In this document: positions 28,286-38,122 of the stretch, one piece after another | Layout of the letters: the number at the start of each line of letters is the position of its first letter | Position numbering within the stretch: position 1 is the stretch's first letter | Source of the DNA: Ostreococcus lucimarinus | Taxonomy: Eukaryota | Direction: 5' to 3' (one strand) | NCBI GenBank assembly: GCA_000092065.1 | Contig: CP000590.1 | Length of the DNA stretch: 64,000 bases | Notes under the pieces: model-generated | What the model was told of the DNA's origin: nothing | The model's input: only the letters and a program-made list of their open reading frames with translations | Database searches by the model: none | Program-made: the position numbers and the translations under genes

Positions 28286-31189
28286 CTAATAGCGGATGAT
28301 GGCGTCTTCGGGATAACCGAGCGCTTTCAGCGCTGGAATGCACGTGTCTTCCTCGAACGCAGGTGGCCCACACATCACGGCGATGTGCGACGAACCGTTG
28401 GACGGGAAGCCGTGTTGTTGGATGATGGGCAAACTTATGCGCCCGTACGTGACGCGATCCGAGCTCCACTCCGGGCCAGTCTTCCTGTCCGCCGCCCACG
28501 TCTCCTTGGAAATCATGTAGTGCACTTTAAACCGCCCCTTATGCTCGCGCTCGAGACGATCGAGGGTATACTTCAATAGCACATCGTCTTCCGTTTTGTT
28601 GGCGTAAATGAAGGAAAGTTCCGTTTCGTCCTTCTCGTCCGCGAGAACGGCGACGATGAGTTGCAACATCGGCGCGACGCCCGTGCCGCCGCCCAAGAGC
28701 GTCATCTTCTTCACCGGCGGCAAGTCTTTTTTGTCGATGCTAAACAATCCCTGACCGAGATACTTGATGTGACCAACTGGGCCTTTGACGTCAATCTTGT
28801 CACCCTCGTTGAGATGGTGAAGGTATTGTGTCAACGCCCCGCCCTCGGGGTACGCTTCGTGGACGTCGGAATAATAAATCTTAATCACCAGTTCCACAGC
28901 CCCAAGGGTGCCGTTGAGCGAGGAAGGCGTGTACGCGCGCATCACCTTCTTGCCATTCCACTCGCCTCGTAAATATACATGATAACCCACGGGCATACCA
29001 CACTGATGCTCGTCGCTTTCGAGCTTCAAACGCAAAAGAATGGAATCGTGCGACAGCGGAATTTTGTTTTCAATCTTGAGCTGTAACCATTTCTTCGGGT
29101 TCAGCCCGAGTGGAGCGTTTTCGGGCACGATATGCTTTGCACCCGCCCACATGCGATCGAAAGCCGCCGCTTCCGCGGCTTCACCGAGTAACATCTGGCC
29201 GAACGCCTCCTTGTGTTCTTCGTAAAACTTGACGAGATGCACCGGGCCACGTTTGGGCATCGCCGGGAACTCACGCCTGGGCTCGGTTTCGACTCGCTCA
29301 ATTTCGACCGACACATCACTTGAAGCCGCCTGATCTTCCGCACTTCCGACGTCGCCGATATAAAAAGGTTCGAGCTGCTTCCAAGCCTTGGCGCTGTGCA
29401 CGGCTTCGAAATCCTCCGTGGTGTCTTCGCCCGCATTCATGGTAATACTCGCATTACCTCCCGGATGCAGACCTTCCTTCAAGTACGCGTTGACGTCATA
29501 CACCTTACCTTTAACGACAATCCAGCAGTCGTCTTCAGTGTTGTGTTTCTCCACCTCCTCCATGGTGATGTATCTGACATTTTTCTTCGGCGCGGCGGCG
29601 ACGACGGGCGCTTCGTCGGCGGCGTCATTCTTCTGCGAAACTTCTACTTTCTCCGTGTTTACGATCGTCACTTGCACTTCTGAGGCACTCGCACCCACAT
29701 GCCGTTCTTCACCCGCTCGCGCGGCTTCGAGCGCTTCGATCACTGGCTTCCATCCGCCGGCTTCGTTACCCATCCAGCCACCCTTGAGCGCGCCCGGCTC
29801 CGTCGGATGTTCGCATCGAATGTACTTTTGTGCTCTATCGCTCAGCGCCGCGACCGACAGCTTCACGCGGAAGTAGCAATTATTGCCCATACCCATGAGA
29901 TTCCACGTAAAATCTCGCGGCTGCGTGTTGTTCGCTTCGTCCCACGCCCGACACATCACCTCCTTGGCGCTCGCGAGTTCGACGGTGGCGACGTCCAAAT
30001 CCCAAAAGATCCAGCACCAGTGCTTGCCGTACATCGTCGGTGCGAATGGACGACGAATGTTGGCCAATCTCCAGGTGTAACCACCGTCAAGGCTCACCTC
30101 AACGCGCGTGATCGCGCGTCCTCCGCCCGTGTACGCGTACCCTTTCACTTCGTACCGCTCGCGGTCGAGCGGCACGCACTCGTCGTGCGCGGGCGACGCG
30201 ATGGCGCTGTTGATGTTGAGCTCGTTGAAAATGTACTCCGGCTTCTCCCACCAGTTTTGCTTATCCGCCATCGCCGCGTCCACGCCTGGAGGCATGATGC
30301 GGTTATCGCGGAAATGATAAAAGTTGTCGCTCGGATGCTCCGTGACGCGAATCGTCGTGAGGTACTTGATCATTCTGCCGCCGATGTAGCCGGGGATGAT
30401 CAAGCGCACGGGAAACCCGTGATCGGGTCGAAGTGCCTCACCGTTTTGCGCGTAACACACCATGACATCTTGCGCCGGGTCGAGCGCCTTGCTCAAGGGA
30501 ATGCTCGTTCCGTACGTTCCATCCTTACCCTTCGGCAGCTCCCCCTTCGGTCCCTCAAAGCACACAAAGCGTCGCTTCGCCGTCACCTCGGTCACCCCGC
30601 ACTCGGCGAGCAAAATCCGCAGCGGCACCCCGGTCCAGAGCGAGTTCGACAATCCAGCCGCGCCCCATCCGAATCCAATCGTCTTTTCATACATATTCTG
30701 CTCCTTTCTCCGATTTCCCGCGCACACGAGCAAGCACGGCATCGTCATCGCCGGCTTGCGCAACAACGCGTCCATCCCGTACGTCCTCCCCTTGCCCGAG
30801 TCGCTCACCTCCACCCTCACCTCGTGCGCGTCCCACGCGATGTTCTGCGCCGCCCCGTGATTCCTGACGAAGTGCAGCTCCGCCGGCGTCACGCTCCCCG
30901 CCTCCATCAGCGCTCGCAGCGGAGGCTCGCAGTTGAACGGGTGCGTCCCCGTCAGGCGCACCAGGCTCGGGTGTCTCGCCACCCAGTGATCGGGCGTGTT
31001 CAGGTCGCGTCCGTCCGCGCGCGCGCCCTCCGCTTTGGCCCTCGTCAGCGCGCCGCGATGTCCATCGCACGCCAGCAGCGCGCGCTGCACGTCGACGTCG
31101 TCCATCGGCAGCGCGCGCGGTCCCGCGCGCGCGCATCGCCCGTCCTCGTTTCCCTTGACGCGCGCGCCGCGCGCGCCGAACGCGCCCAT
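28286..31189 (-). CDS. NIA: assimilatory nitrate reductase [NAD(P)H], full length (Moco + dimerisation + cyt b5 + FAD/NADH domains)
   Basis: 967 aa with ATG at 31187-31189. Moco domain [38 protein letters not shown]. Cyt b5 HPGGNASI...[37 protein letters not shown]. Confidence 0.95.
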   Translation of the reverse strand: [967 protein letters not shown]

Positions 31190-31779
31190 CGCGACTCGCG
31201 CGCGACGCTCGACGCCTCGAAACGCTCGACGCTCGACGCGCGTCCTCGCGCGTCGTCCGTCGTCGTCGCGTCGCGTCGGAATCTGCCGCCGCGCGCGTCG
31301 TCGCGTCGTCGACTCGACGTCGTCGACGTCCCGCCGCGCCGGTTCGACTCCGCCGACGTCGCGACGTCGCGGTCGGCGCGACCCCGACGCGCGCGCGCCG
31401 ACCCGACGGCGCGATCGCGCGAGTCACGATTCGTCGCGCGCGTCGTTTTTTTTTTTCTCGCCGGCGTCGCGTCCCGCCGCGCCGCGCGATCGGTCGACGC
31501 CCCGGCGACGGGTCGCGCGACAAAGCGTCGCGAAGCGTCGCGACCGCCGACGCTTCGCGTCGCTTTGACCTCGTATGGGCAAACAGTCACACGCGTGTGT
31601 CGACCGCGCGTCCGACGCGCGTCGGCGCCGCACACCGCGACGCTCGGTCGCGAGCGCGCGCGCGTCGACCTCCGGACGCGAGCGAACGCGCTCGAGCGCG
31701 CGGCGCGTCGAGCGACGCGAGGGCGCGTCGAGCGACGCGAGGACGCGGCGCGAGGGATCGCGGGACGACGACGACGACG
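31190..31779. promoter_or_regulatory. divergent (bidirectional) intergenic/promoter region between NIA (-) and NII (+)
   Basis: 590 bp between the two start codons. Contains a T13 run (about 31425-31440) and the 16-mer cgtatgggcaaacagt (31573-31588), which recurs in the cyt-b5/NR2 divergent region. Confidence 0.6.
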
Positions 31780-34755
31780 ATGGACGCGGCGCGAGGGACG
31801 GCGACGACGGCGACGACGGTGAGGCGCGCGGTGCGGGCGCGCGGAGGACGCGCGGTGCGCGAGACGCGCGGCGCGCGGGCGCGGGACGCGCGACGAGGGA
31901 CGCCGCGGGCGGTGGTGGAGCCGGAGGGGGCGTCGGCGGGCGACGCGTCGGCGTCGGCGTCGGCGGGCGACGCGTTGAAGTGGCAGGCCGAGGACGCGGC
32001 GAGCCTGAGGGCGCATAACGAGGAAGCGATCGCGAAATATGCAAACTTTCCGGAGTTGGATAAGCCGGACGCGCACGTGGCGCGAGATGCGGATGGGTAC
32101 TACGTCGTGAAGGAGGAGTGGCGAAAACCGACGAATCCCTTTGAAAAGTTGAAGCTCGCGAAGGATCCGATGCGAGAGTTGATCGGGATGAACGGGATCG
32201 AGGAGATGGCCAAGGCGAGCGCGGCGGATTTCAAGGCTTGGGACGAGGCGTTGAATGACCCGGACGAGACCGATCAACGACCGAAGTGGGCGGGTTTGTT
32301 TCATCGACGCAAAGGACACTACGGGCGATACATGATGCGACTCAAGCTTCCGAACGGACTCATTAACTCGACGCAGATGCGATATTTGGCGAGCGTGATT
32401 AAAAAGTACGGCGAAGATGGGTGCTGCGACATCACGACGAGACAAAACATTCAGCTTCGTGGGGTTGAGTTGAAGGATGCGCCCGAAATCTTGCGCAAAC
32501 TCGAAGAGCTCGGTATGTGCTCGTTGCAAAGCGGGTTGGACAACGTGCGCAACGCGACGGGGAACCCGCTCGCGGGTTTTGATCCGCAAGAAATCGTCGA
32601 CACGCGACCTTACACGCTCGCCATTCAAGATTACGTCACCGGTGGTGGGCGCGGGAATCCAGCCATCGCTAACTTGGGGCGTAAGTGGAACGTGTGCGTC
32701 GTCGGCAGCAGCGACTTTTTCGAGCATCCGGACATCAACGACTTGGCCTTCATTCCAGCGATGAAGGATGGCAAGTTCGGATTCAACATGATCGTCGGTG
32801 GCTTCATATCTTCTCAGCGCGCAGCGGAGTCGGTCTCTCTCGATGCGTGGATCCCTGAGAACGAGCTTGTCGCCGCGACGCACGCCGTGTTGACGACGTT
32901 TCGCGATTACGGCCATCGCGGCAACCGCCAAAAGTGCCGCATGATGTGGCTCATCGACGAGATGGGTTTGGAAACGTTTCGCACCGAAGTTGCGTCGCGC
33001 ATGCCAACGGGAGACTTGGCGCGCGGCGCCGAAGTGGATCTCATCGACCGAGAGTCTCCGCGACGCAGTTACATCGGCGTGCACGCGCAAAAGCAAGAGG
33101 GCTTGAGCTGGGTCGCCGCTGCCGTGCCGGGCGGACGTATGCAACCGGAAGATCTCGCGGAGATGGCTGATCTCGCGGACAAGTACGGCGAAGGTGAGAT
33201 TCGACTCACCGTCGAGCAAAACTTTATCATTCCCCACGTGCCGAACGATAAGATTGACGCCATTCTCCAAGAGCGTTTGTTTCAAGAGTACACGCCGTTC
33301 CCGGGCAAACTTGTGTCCAACATGGTGGCGTGCACCGGAAATCAGTTCTGCGGATTCGCGCAAATCGAGACGAAGCGACAAGCGCTCGAAATGGCGGAAC
33401 ACTTGGAAAGTTGCTTAGAACTTTCGAAGGACGTGCGCATGATTTGGACAGGTTGCCCGAACTCTTGCGCTCCGGTGCAAGTGGCGGACATTGGCCTCAT
33501 GGGCGCGCAGGTGAAGAATCCGACGGGCGAGAAGGGCATGGTACCAGGGGTGAACATCTTCATCGGTGGTACCGTCGGGCCGAACGGCCACTTGAAGGAA
33601 GCGCCAGAAATCGCAAAGGTCCCGTGCTCAGAGTTGAAGCCGGTTCTGGAACAGATTATGATTGAGAGGTTTGGCGCGACGCGCAAGGCGACGCCGACGC
33701 CGAATCCGGGGCGAGCGTCGCGCTGGAAAATCAACAAATCTGCGCAGTATACCAAGGGTGTCCCTAAAGCCATGGGTAAGGCGACGCACATTTGCACCGG
33801 ATGTGGTTACATTTATCAAGAGACGAAGAAGTTCGACGAGTTGCCGGATGACTACGTCTGTCCGTCGTGCAGCGCGCCGAAGTCCAAGTTTGAAGCGATG
33901 AAGCAGGAAGAGACGCCCACGAGCGCTCGCCCGGTCGTGGAGTACCCCGAAGGCACGCTCGCGACGCTGAAGAACGGCGAAACCGTTGAATTGAAGCTCG
34001 TTGAGAAGGAACAAGTGACGTCGAACACTGTACGCCTTCGATTTGAACTCCCGTCGCCGGAGCACATCCTCGGACTTCCCGTCGGGCAACACGTGACGGT
34101 GACCATCGACGGCGTGTCTCGTCCGTACACTCCGATCACGCGCGATGCGGACAAGGGTTTCATGGACCTTCTCGTGAAGATTTATGATCAAGGCGCGCTC
34201 ACGCAAAAGCTCAACGCCGTGGCCGTGGGATCTACCGTAGCGTTCGAAGGACCGAATGGGTTGGTGACGTACAGCGCTCGCGGCGAATTTTCTACGCGCA
34301 ATCCGGCGACGGGCTCTGTGGCGAAGAAATCATGCAAGAACATCGCCATGATCGCCGGTGGTACTGGCATCACCCCTATGCTTCAAGTCATTCGCCAAAT
34401 CTTCAACGATGTCGGGGACACGACGCGGGTCAACTTGTTATTCGCCAACGTCTCCTCGGCGGATATTCTCTTGAAGAAGGAGCTCGACGAGCTCGCGAGC
34501 GCGCACAAAAACTTGACGGTGCACTACGCGATCGACAAGGATGAACCAAACTGGAACGGCGAGGTTGGATACGTTTCAGAGGAAATGATCAAGAAGTGCG
34601 ACTTGCTGAAGCGAGGTGGCTTGATGGACAAATTGTTTTCATCCGCCGACGACACCGCGGTCCTCGTGTGCGGCCCGCCGGCGATGGTTGAGAAAGCCGT
34701 TGTGCCCGCGTTGGACGCACTGAATGTCTCTACAGATTCTCGAATTTTCTTTTAA
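31780..34755 (+). CDS. NII: ferredoxin-type nitrite reductase (siroheme/4Fe-4S) fused to a rubredoxin-like domain and a C-terminal cytochrome-b5-reductase-type FAD/NAD(P)H domain
   Basis: NiR/SiR core (nitrite/sulfite reductase 4Fe-4S domain and ferredoxin-like half-domains). Then CTGCGYIY...CPSC (rubredoxin CxxC pairs). Then RPYTPI, GGTGITPM, CGPPAM (FNR/CBR fold). ORF opens at 31597; ATG (MDAARGT..., transit peptide) at 31780. Confidence 0.9.
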   Translation: MDAARGTATTATTVRRAVRARGGRAVRETRGARARDARRGTPRAVVEPEGASAGDASASASAGDALKWQAEDAASLRAHNEEAIAKYANFPELDKPDAHVARDADGYYVVKEEWRKPTNPFEKLKLAKDPMRELIGMNGIEEMAKASAADFKAWDEALNDPDETDQRPKWAGLFHRRKGHYGRYMMRLKLPNGLINSTQMRYLASVIKKYGEDGCCDITTRQNIQLRGVELKDAPEILRKLEELGMCSLQSGLDNVRNATGNPLAGFDPQEIVDTRPYTLAIQDYVTGGGRGNPAIANLGRKWNVCVVGSSDFFEHPDINDLAFIPAMKDGKFGFNMIVGGFISSQRAAESVSLDAWIPENELVAATHAVLTTFRDYGHRGNRQKCRMMWLIDEMGLETFRTEVASRMPTGDLARGAEVDLIDRESPRRSYIGVHAQKQEGLSWVAAAVPGGRMQPEDLAEMADLADKYGEGEIRLTVEQNFIIPHVPNDKIDAILQERLFQEYTPFPGKLVSNMVACTGNQFCGFAQIETKRQALEMAEHLESCLELSKDVRMIWTGCPNSCAPVQVADIGLMGAQVKNPTGEKGMVPGVNIFIGGTVGPNGHLKEAPEIAKVPCSELKPVLEQIMIERFGATRKATPTPNPGRASRWKINKSAQYTKGVPKAMGKATHICTGCGYIYQETKKFDELPDDYVCPSCSAPKSKFEAMKQEETPTSARPVVEYPEGTLATLKNGETVELKLVEKEQVTSNTVRLRFELPSPEHILGLPVGQHVTVTIDGVSRPYTPITRDADKGFMDLLVKIYDQGALTQKLNAVAVGSTVAFEGPNGLVTYSARGEFSTRNPATGSVAKKSCKNIAMIAGGTGITPMLQVIRQIFNDVGDTTRVNLLFANVSSADILLKKELDELASAHKNLTVHYAIDKDEPNWNGEVGYVSEEMIKKCDLLKRGGLMDKLFSSADDTAVLVCGPPAMVEKAVVPALDALNVSTDSRIFF

Positions 34756-35024
34756 GACAAAGCGAACAACTACATAGTTTACTCACAATTCATCAGCTCA
34801 CGTCGTTTGTCATTTAAAATCAGTCGACGTCTAAAACATGTTGCGCGGCGCGCGACTGCTTCCGGCGTTCGTTTGCGCACATGAGACTCGATAAGTTAGG
34901 AAAGAAGAGGAATAAGAAAATTACAAGCAACGTCTCCGTAACAAGGACGCGTGTGCACGGTTCATCTATCTACAATTTGTTTTCCCGATGAAGTTGATCG
35001 CGTCGAAAGTCGCGCGTTGCGCGC

Positions 35025-35877
35025 TTACGCATATTGCGCTGCGGCGGCGTTTTGCTTCTTGTAATCGTACATCGTACCGGCAGTGGCGACGATGATAGAG
35101 AACGCGATGAAGAAGCTCATCGTGCCGACGAGCGCTTGCGGCAAGCGGTCGTAGGTGACGACTTCGAAGGTGCAAGAAGAATCGTCGCCGTATCGCACGT
35201 AGCCGCTGGAGTCCGATTCCAAGACTTGGATAAAGTACTTGGCCGGCGCGATGTTCAACGGGAGCGGGATGTCGACGTTACCAGTCGCCGACCCGCCCGT
35301 GATGCCCGCTTTGAGATAGTCGGCCTCGACCACGGTTTGCTTGCATCGCTTGTTCTTGTTGACGATGTCTTTCTTCTTGCGCCACGGCTTGGAGGCGAGT
35401 TCGGAGTCGTCGTAGCACAACTTCACCATCATCGTGTTCCCCGACGTCGTGGAAGCACCGGTCCACGCCACGTTGATGGAGTTCAAACCACCCTGCGCTT
35501 TCTACGAACGTGAAAAACAAATAATCAAGTCAGTCTTCGAATCACGAACGAAATCGCCAGCGTCGCCGCGCCCGACCCCCAAAGGACACTCGCGCCGGTC
35601 GAACGCTTATCCGCCCTCGCGTCGTCTCCGCCCGCGCGTCGTCCCCACGCCACCCACGCGTCCACTCGCGCGTCGAGCGCGCGCCCGAATGCGTTATTTC
35701 TCGCGCGGTCGCGCGCACACGCACCGAACCAGCCGCGCACGCCCCGCCGTCGATCGTCGTCGTCACGCCGAGCGTGTTCGACGACATCTCGCTGTACTTG
35801 GTGAACGCGTGCGCGCCGTCCGCGAGCATCGCCGTGGCGGCGAGACCACCGATCAAGAGCTTCTTCAATTCAACCAT
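35025..35877 (-). CDS. NAR2: NAR2/NRT3-like nitrate transporter accessory protein, two exons
   Basis: join(35725..35877, 35025..35501) on the minus strand. Exon 1 encodes a signal peptide MVELKKLLIGGLAATAMLADGAHA|FTKY. Exon 2 encodes the conserved extracellular domain and a single C-terminal TM (MSFFIAFSIIVATAG). Adjacent and divergent to NRT2. Confidence 0.6.
35502..35724 (-). other. NAR2: intron (223 nt) of NAR2
   Basis: Donor GTGCGT after codon 51. Branch-like ACTGAC 31 nt upstream of the acceptor. Polypyrimidine TTGTTTTTCACGTTCG, acceptor TAG (phase 0; an alternative CAG is 9 nt downstream). The in-frame TAG upstream of exon 2 forces an upstream start exon. Confidence 0.6.
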
Positions 35878-36524
35878 CGTCGTTCGTGCGTCGTTCGCGC
35901 GTCGTCGTCGTCGTCGCGGGCGCGTCGAGGAGTGTCGACATCGGCGCGACGCGCGGCGTTTCGGGACGCCAAGCGTCGCCAAAGGGCGACCGTTGGTGAC
36001 CCTTCGTTCCAAGCGTCACACGGCTAAACATCGTTTATATACGCGCGTCGACCCGGTTTATTTTATTAACTATTACGCGTACGCGTGTAAGTTGTATTTT
36101 TACCTTGAATACGTAAAAACACGATGAGGGTTTCGTGAATGTTTTATGCGTCGTCGCGACGGGACGCGACGCGGTGCGACGCCGCGCGTCACTCCACAGC
36201 GCGTCAGCGAGCACGCCGCGACCTCGAATCGCGACAGCGCACGCGCGAAATGGCGATCACTAAAGAATTCAATGTCCCCGTGGACAGGTGCGTGTGGTTC
36301 GAGGCGCGCGCGAACGTGGGGGGGGGTTAAAGCGACGACGATGCGTCGCGGTTGTGTCGAAACGACGTGGTCGAATCGAGCGCGTGTGCGGTCGCGCGCG
36401 ATGGCGACGCGGCGCTCGAACGCGTCGATAACGATGAAAGATATATTTGTTTATGCTTTCATGCCCGCGAGACTGACGTGTAACGCGCGGTGCCGTCGTA
36501 CGTGGCCACAGCGAGCACAAGGCG
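35878..36524. promoter_or_regulatory. divergent intergenic/promoter region between NAR2 (-) and NRT2 (+) with an AT-rich island
   Basis: 647 bp. Positions about 36040-36140 are strongly AT-rich in an otherwise roughly 67% GC context (tttatatacgcgcg, ttttattaactattacgcgtacgcgtgtaagttgtatttttacc), a TATA-like core promoter candidate. Confidence 0.5.
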
Positions 36525-37958
36525 ATGAAGCTGAACGTCTTCAGCTTTGATCGCCCGCACCACTTGTCCTTCCACATGTCCTGGTTGGGTTTCTTCATCT
36601 CTTTCGTCTCGACGTTCGCGGCGGCGCCGATGATTCCGGTGATTCGTGAAGACTTGGGTCTCACGAAGCCGCAGCTCGGGAACGCTGGTTTGGCGGCGGT
36701 GACGGGTACTATTATTTGCCGCGTGCTGATGGGTACGGTGTGCGACCTCATCGGCCCGCGACTCGGTTTGTCGGTTATTCTTTTGGCCACCGCGCCCTTC
36801 TGCTTCGCCATGGCCATGGTGCAAGGCTTCGAAGGTTTCCTGATCTGCCGTTTGGGCATCGGTCTGGGTCTCGCCACGTTCGTGGCGTGCCAGTTCTGGA
36901 TGTCTTGCATGTTCAACAGCAAGTGCGTCGGTCTCGCCAACGCGACCGCCGCGGGCTGGGGTAACTTGGGCGGCGGAGTCACGCAATTCTTGATGCCGGG
37001 CATCTACGCCATCTGCTACTCGGCGACCAACAGCCGTGCGTTCACTGCCTGGCGTTGGGCGTACATCTTCCCGGGCATGTGCCACACCGTAGTCGGTTTG
37101 ATGGTCATGTACCTCGGCCAAGATTTGCCGGATGGTAACTACAAGGTGCTCACGACTTCGGGCGCGCTCGAAAAGAAGTCCTCCATGAAGGTCAACTTGA
37201 TCGGCATGAAGAACTACCGCATGTGGTGCATGGTCGCCACCTACGGTTTCTGCTTCGGCGTTGAACTCACGATGAACAACATCGTCGCCGGTTACCTCTT
37301 TGATCAATTCGGCGTCTCCCTCTCTGTCGCAGGCGTGTTGGCGTCTTGCTACGGTATGATGAACTTGTTCGCCCGCTCCGTGGGTGGCATCATCTCTGAC
37401 TGGTCTTCTAACCGCTTCGGTATGCGAGGACGTCTTTGGACTTTGTGGTCCACCCAAACGCTCGAAGGTGTGCTGTGCATCTTCATGGGTCTCTCCAAGG
37501 ACAACTTGGGCGCCACCATCGCGTTCATGGTGTTCTTCTCCATTTGCGTGCAGGCGTCCGAAGGCGCTTCTTACGGTATCGTGCCGTTCATCTCCCGCCG
37601 CGCTCTCGGTGTCGTCTCTGGTTTCATCGGTGCTGGCGGTAACGCTGGTGCCACCATCGCCACCGCCGCCTTCTTCACCAAGGATTCCATTGAGACGTAC
37701 GAAGGTCTCCAGTACCTCGGTTACACCGTCATCGGCGTCACCGCTTTGGTCATCCCGATTCACTTCCCAATGTGGGGCTCCATGTTCTTCCCGGCATCCA
37801 AAACGGCCACGGAAGAGGACTACTACATTCACAACGAGTTCACTCCGGAAGAAATCAAAGCTGGTCTCGCCGCTCCGGTCCAAAAGTTCTGCAACAACTC
37901 TCGCAACGAGCGCCCGGTTTGGAAGCGCGAGCAAGATGCGGTTGAAGCCTCCGCGTAA
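36525..37958 (+). CDS. NRT2: high-affinity nitrate transporter NRT2 (NNP family of MFS)
   Basis: 477 aa with 12 TM helices. NNP signatures FHMSWLGFFISFVSTFAAAPMIPVIREDLGLTK and GNAGLAAVTGTI, and a second NNP motif in the C-terminal half. ATG at 36525. Confidence 0.9.
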   Translation: MKLNVFSFDRPHHLSFHMSWLGFFISFVSTFAAAPMIPVIREDLGLTKPQLGNAGLAAVTGTIICRVLMGTVCDLIGPRLGLSVILLATAPFCFAMAMVQGFEGFLICRLGIGLGLATFVACQFWMSCMFNSKCVGLANATAAGWGNLGGGVTQFLMPGIYAICYSATNSRAFTAWRWAYIFPGMCHTVVGLMVMYLGQDLPDGNYKVLTTSGALEKKSSMKVNLIGMKNYRMWCMVATYGFCFGVELTMNNIVAGYLFDQFGVSLSVAGVLASCYGMMNLFARSVGGIISDWSSNRFGMRGRLWTLWSTQTLEGVLCIFMGLSKDNLGATIAFMVFFSICVQASEGASYGIVPFISRRALGVVSGFIGAGGNAGATIATAAFFTKDSIETYEGLQYLGYTVIGVTALVIPIHFPMWGSMFFPASKTATEEDYYIHNEFTPEEIKAGLAAPVQKFCNNSRNERPVWKREQDAVEASA

Positions 37959-38122
37959 TTCTTTTTTACTCTCGCGTCGCAAGAGTGCATCGTTTATAAA
38001 AAATCACCTCTACGTAGTGTGTAACATAACTCTTATTGCAAACTCTCCACGAACAGCCGACGTCTGGGGCGACGCGCGAAATTGATCAACAAATTGTCTT
38101 CCTACAAATTCAACTCTACGCT

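Noticed and set aside
31045-33402. 785-aa ORF antisense to NII, and other long Arg/Ala/Gly-rich ORFs (e.g. 2354..3130, 6354..7169, 6925..8121, 10159..10764, 11742..12236, 26852..28057, 30687..31523, 50692..51828).
   Set aside because: In a roughly 67% GC sequence, stop codons are rare on all frames. These ORFs are dominated by R/A/G/P, have no recognisable motifs, and overlap strongly supported genes on the other strand.
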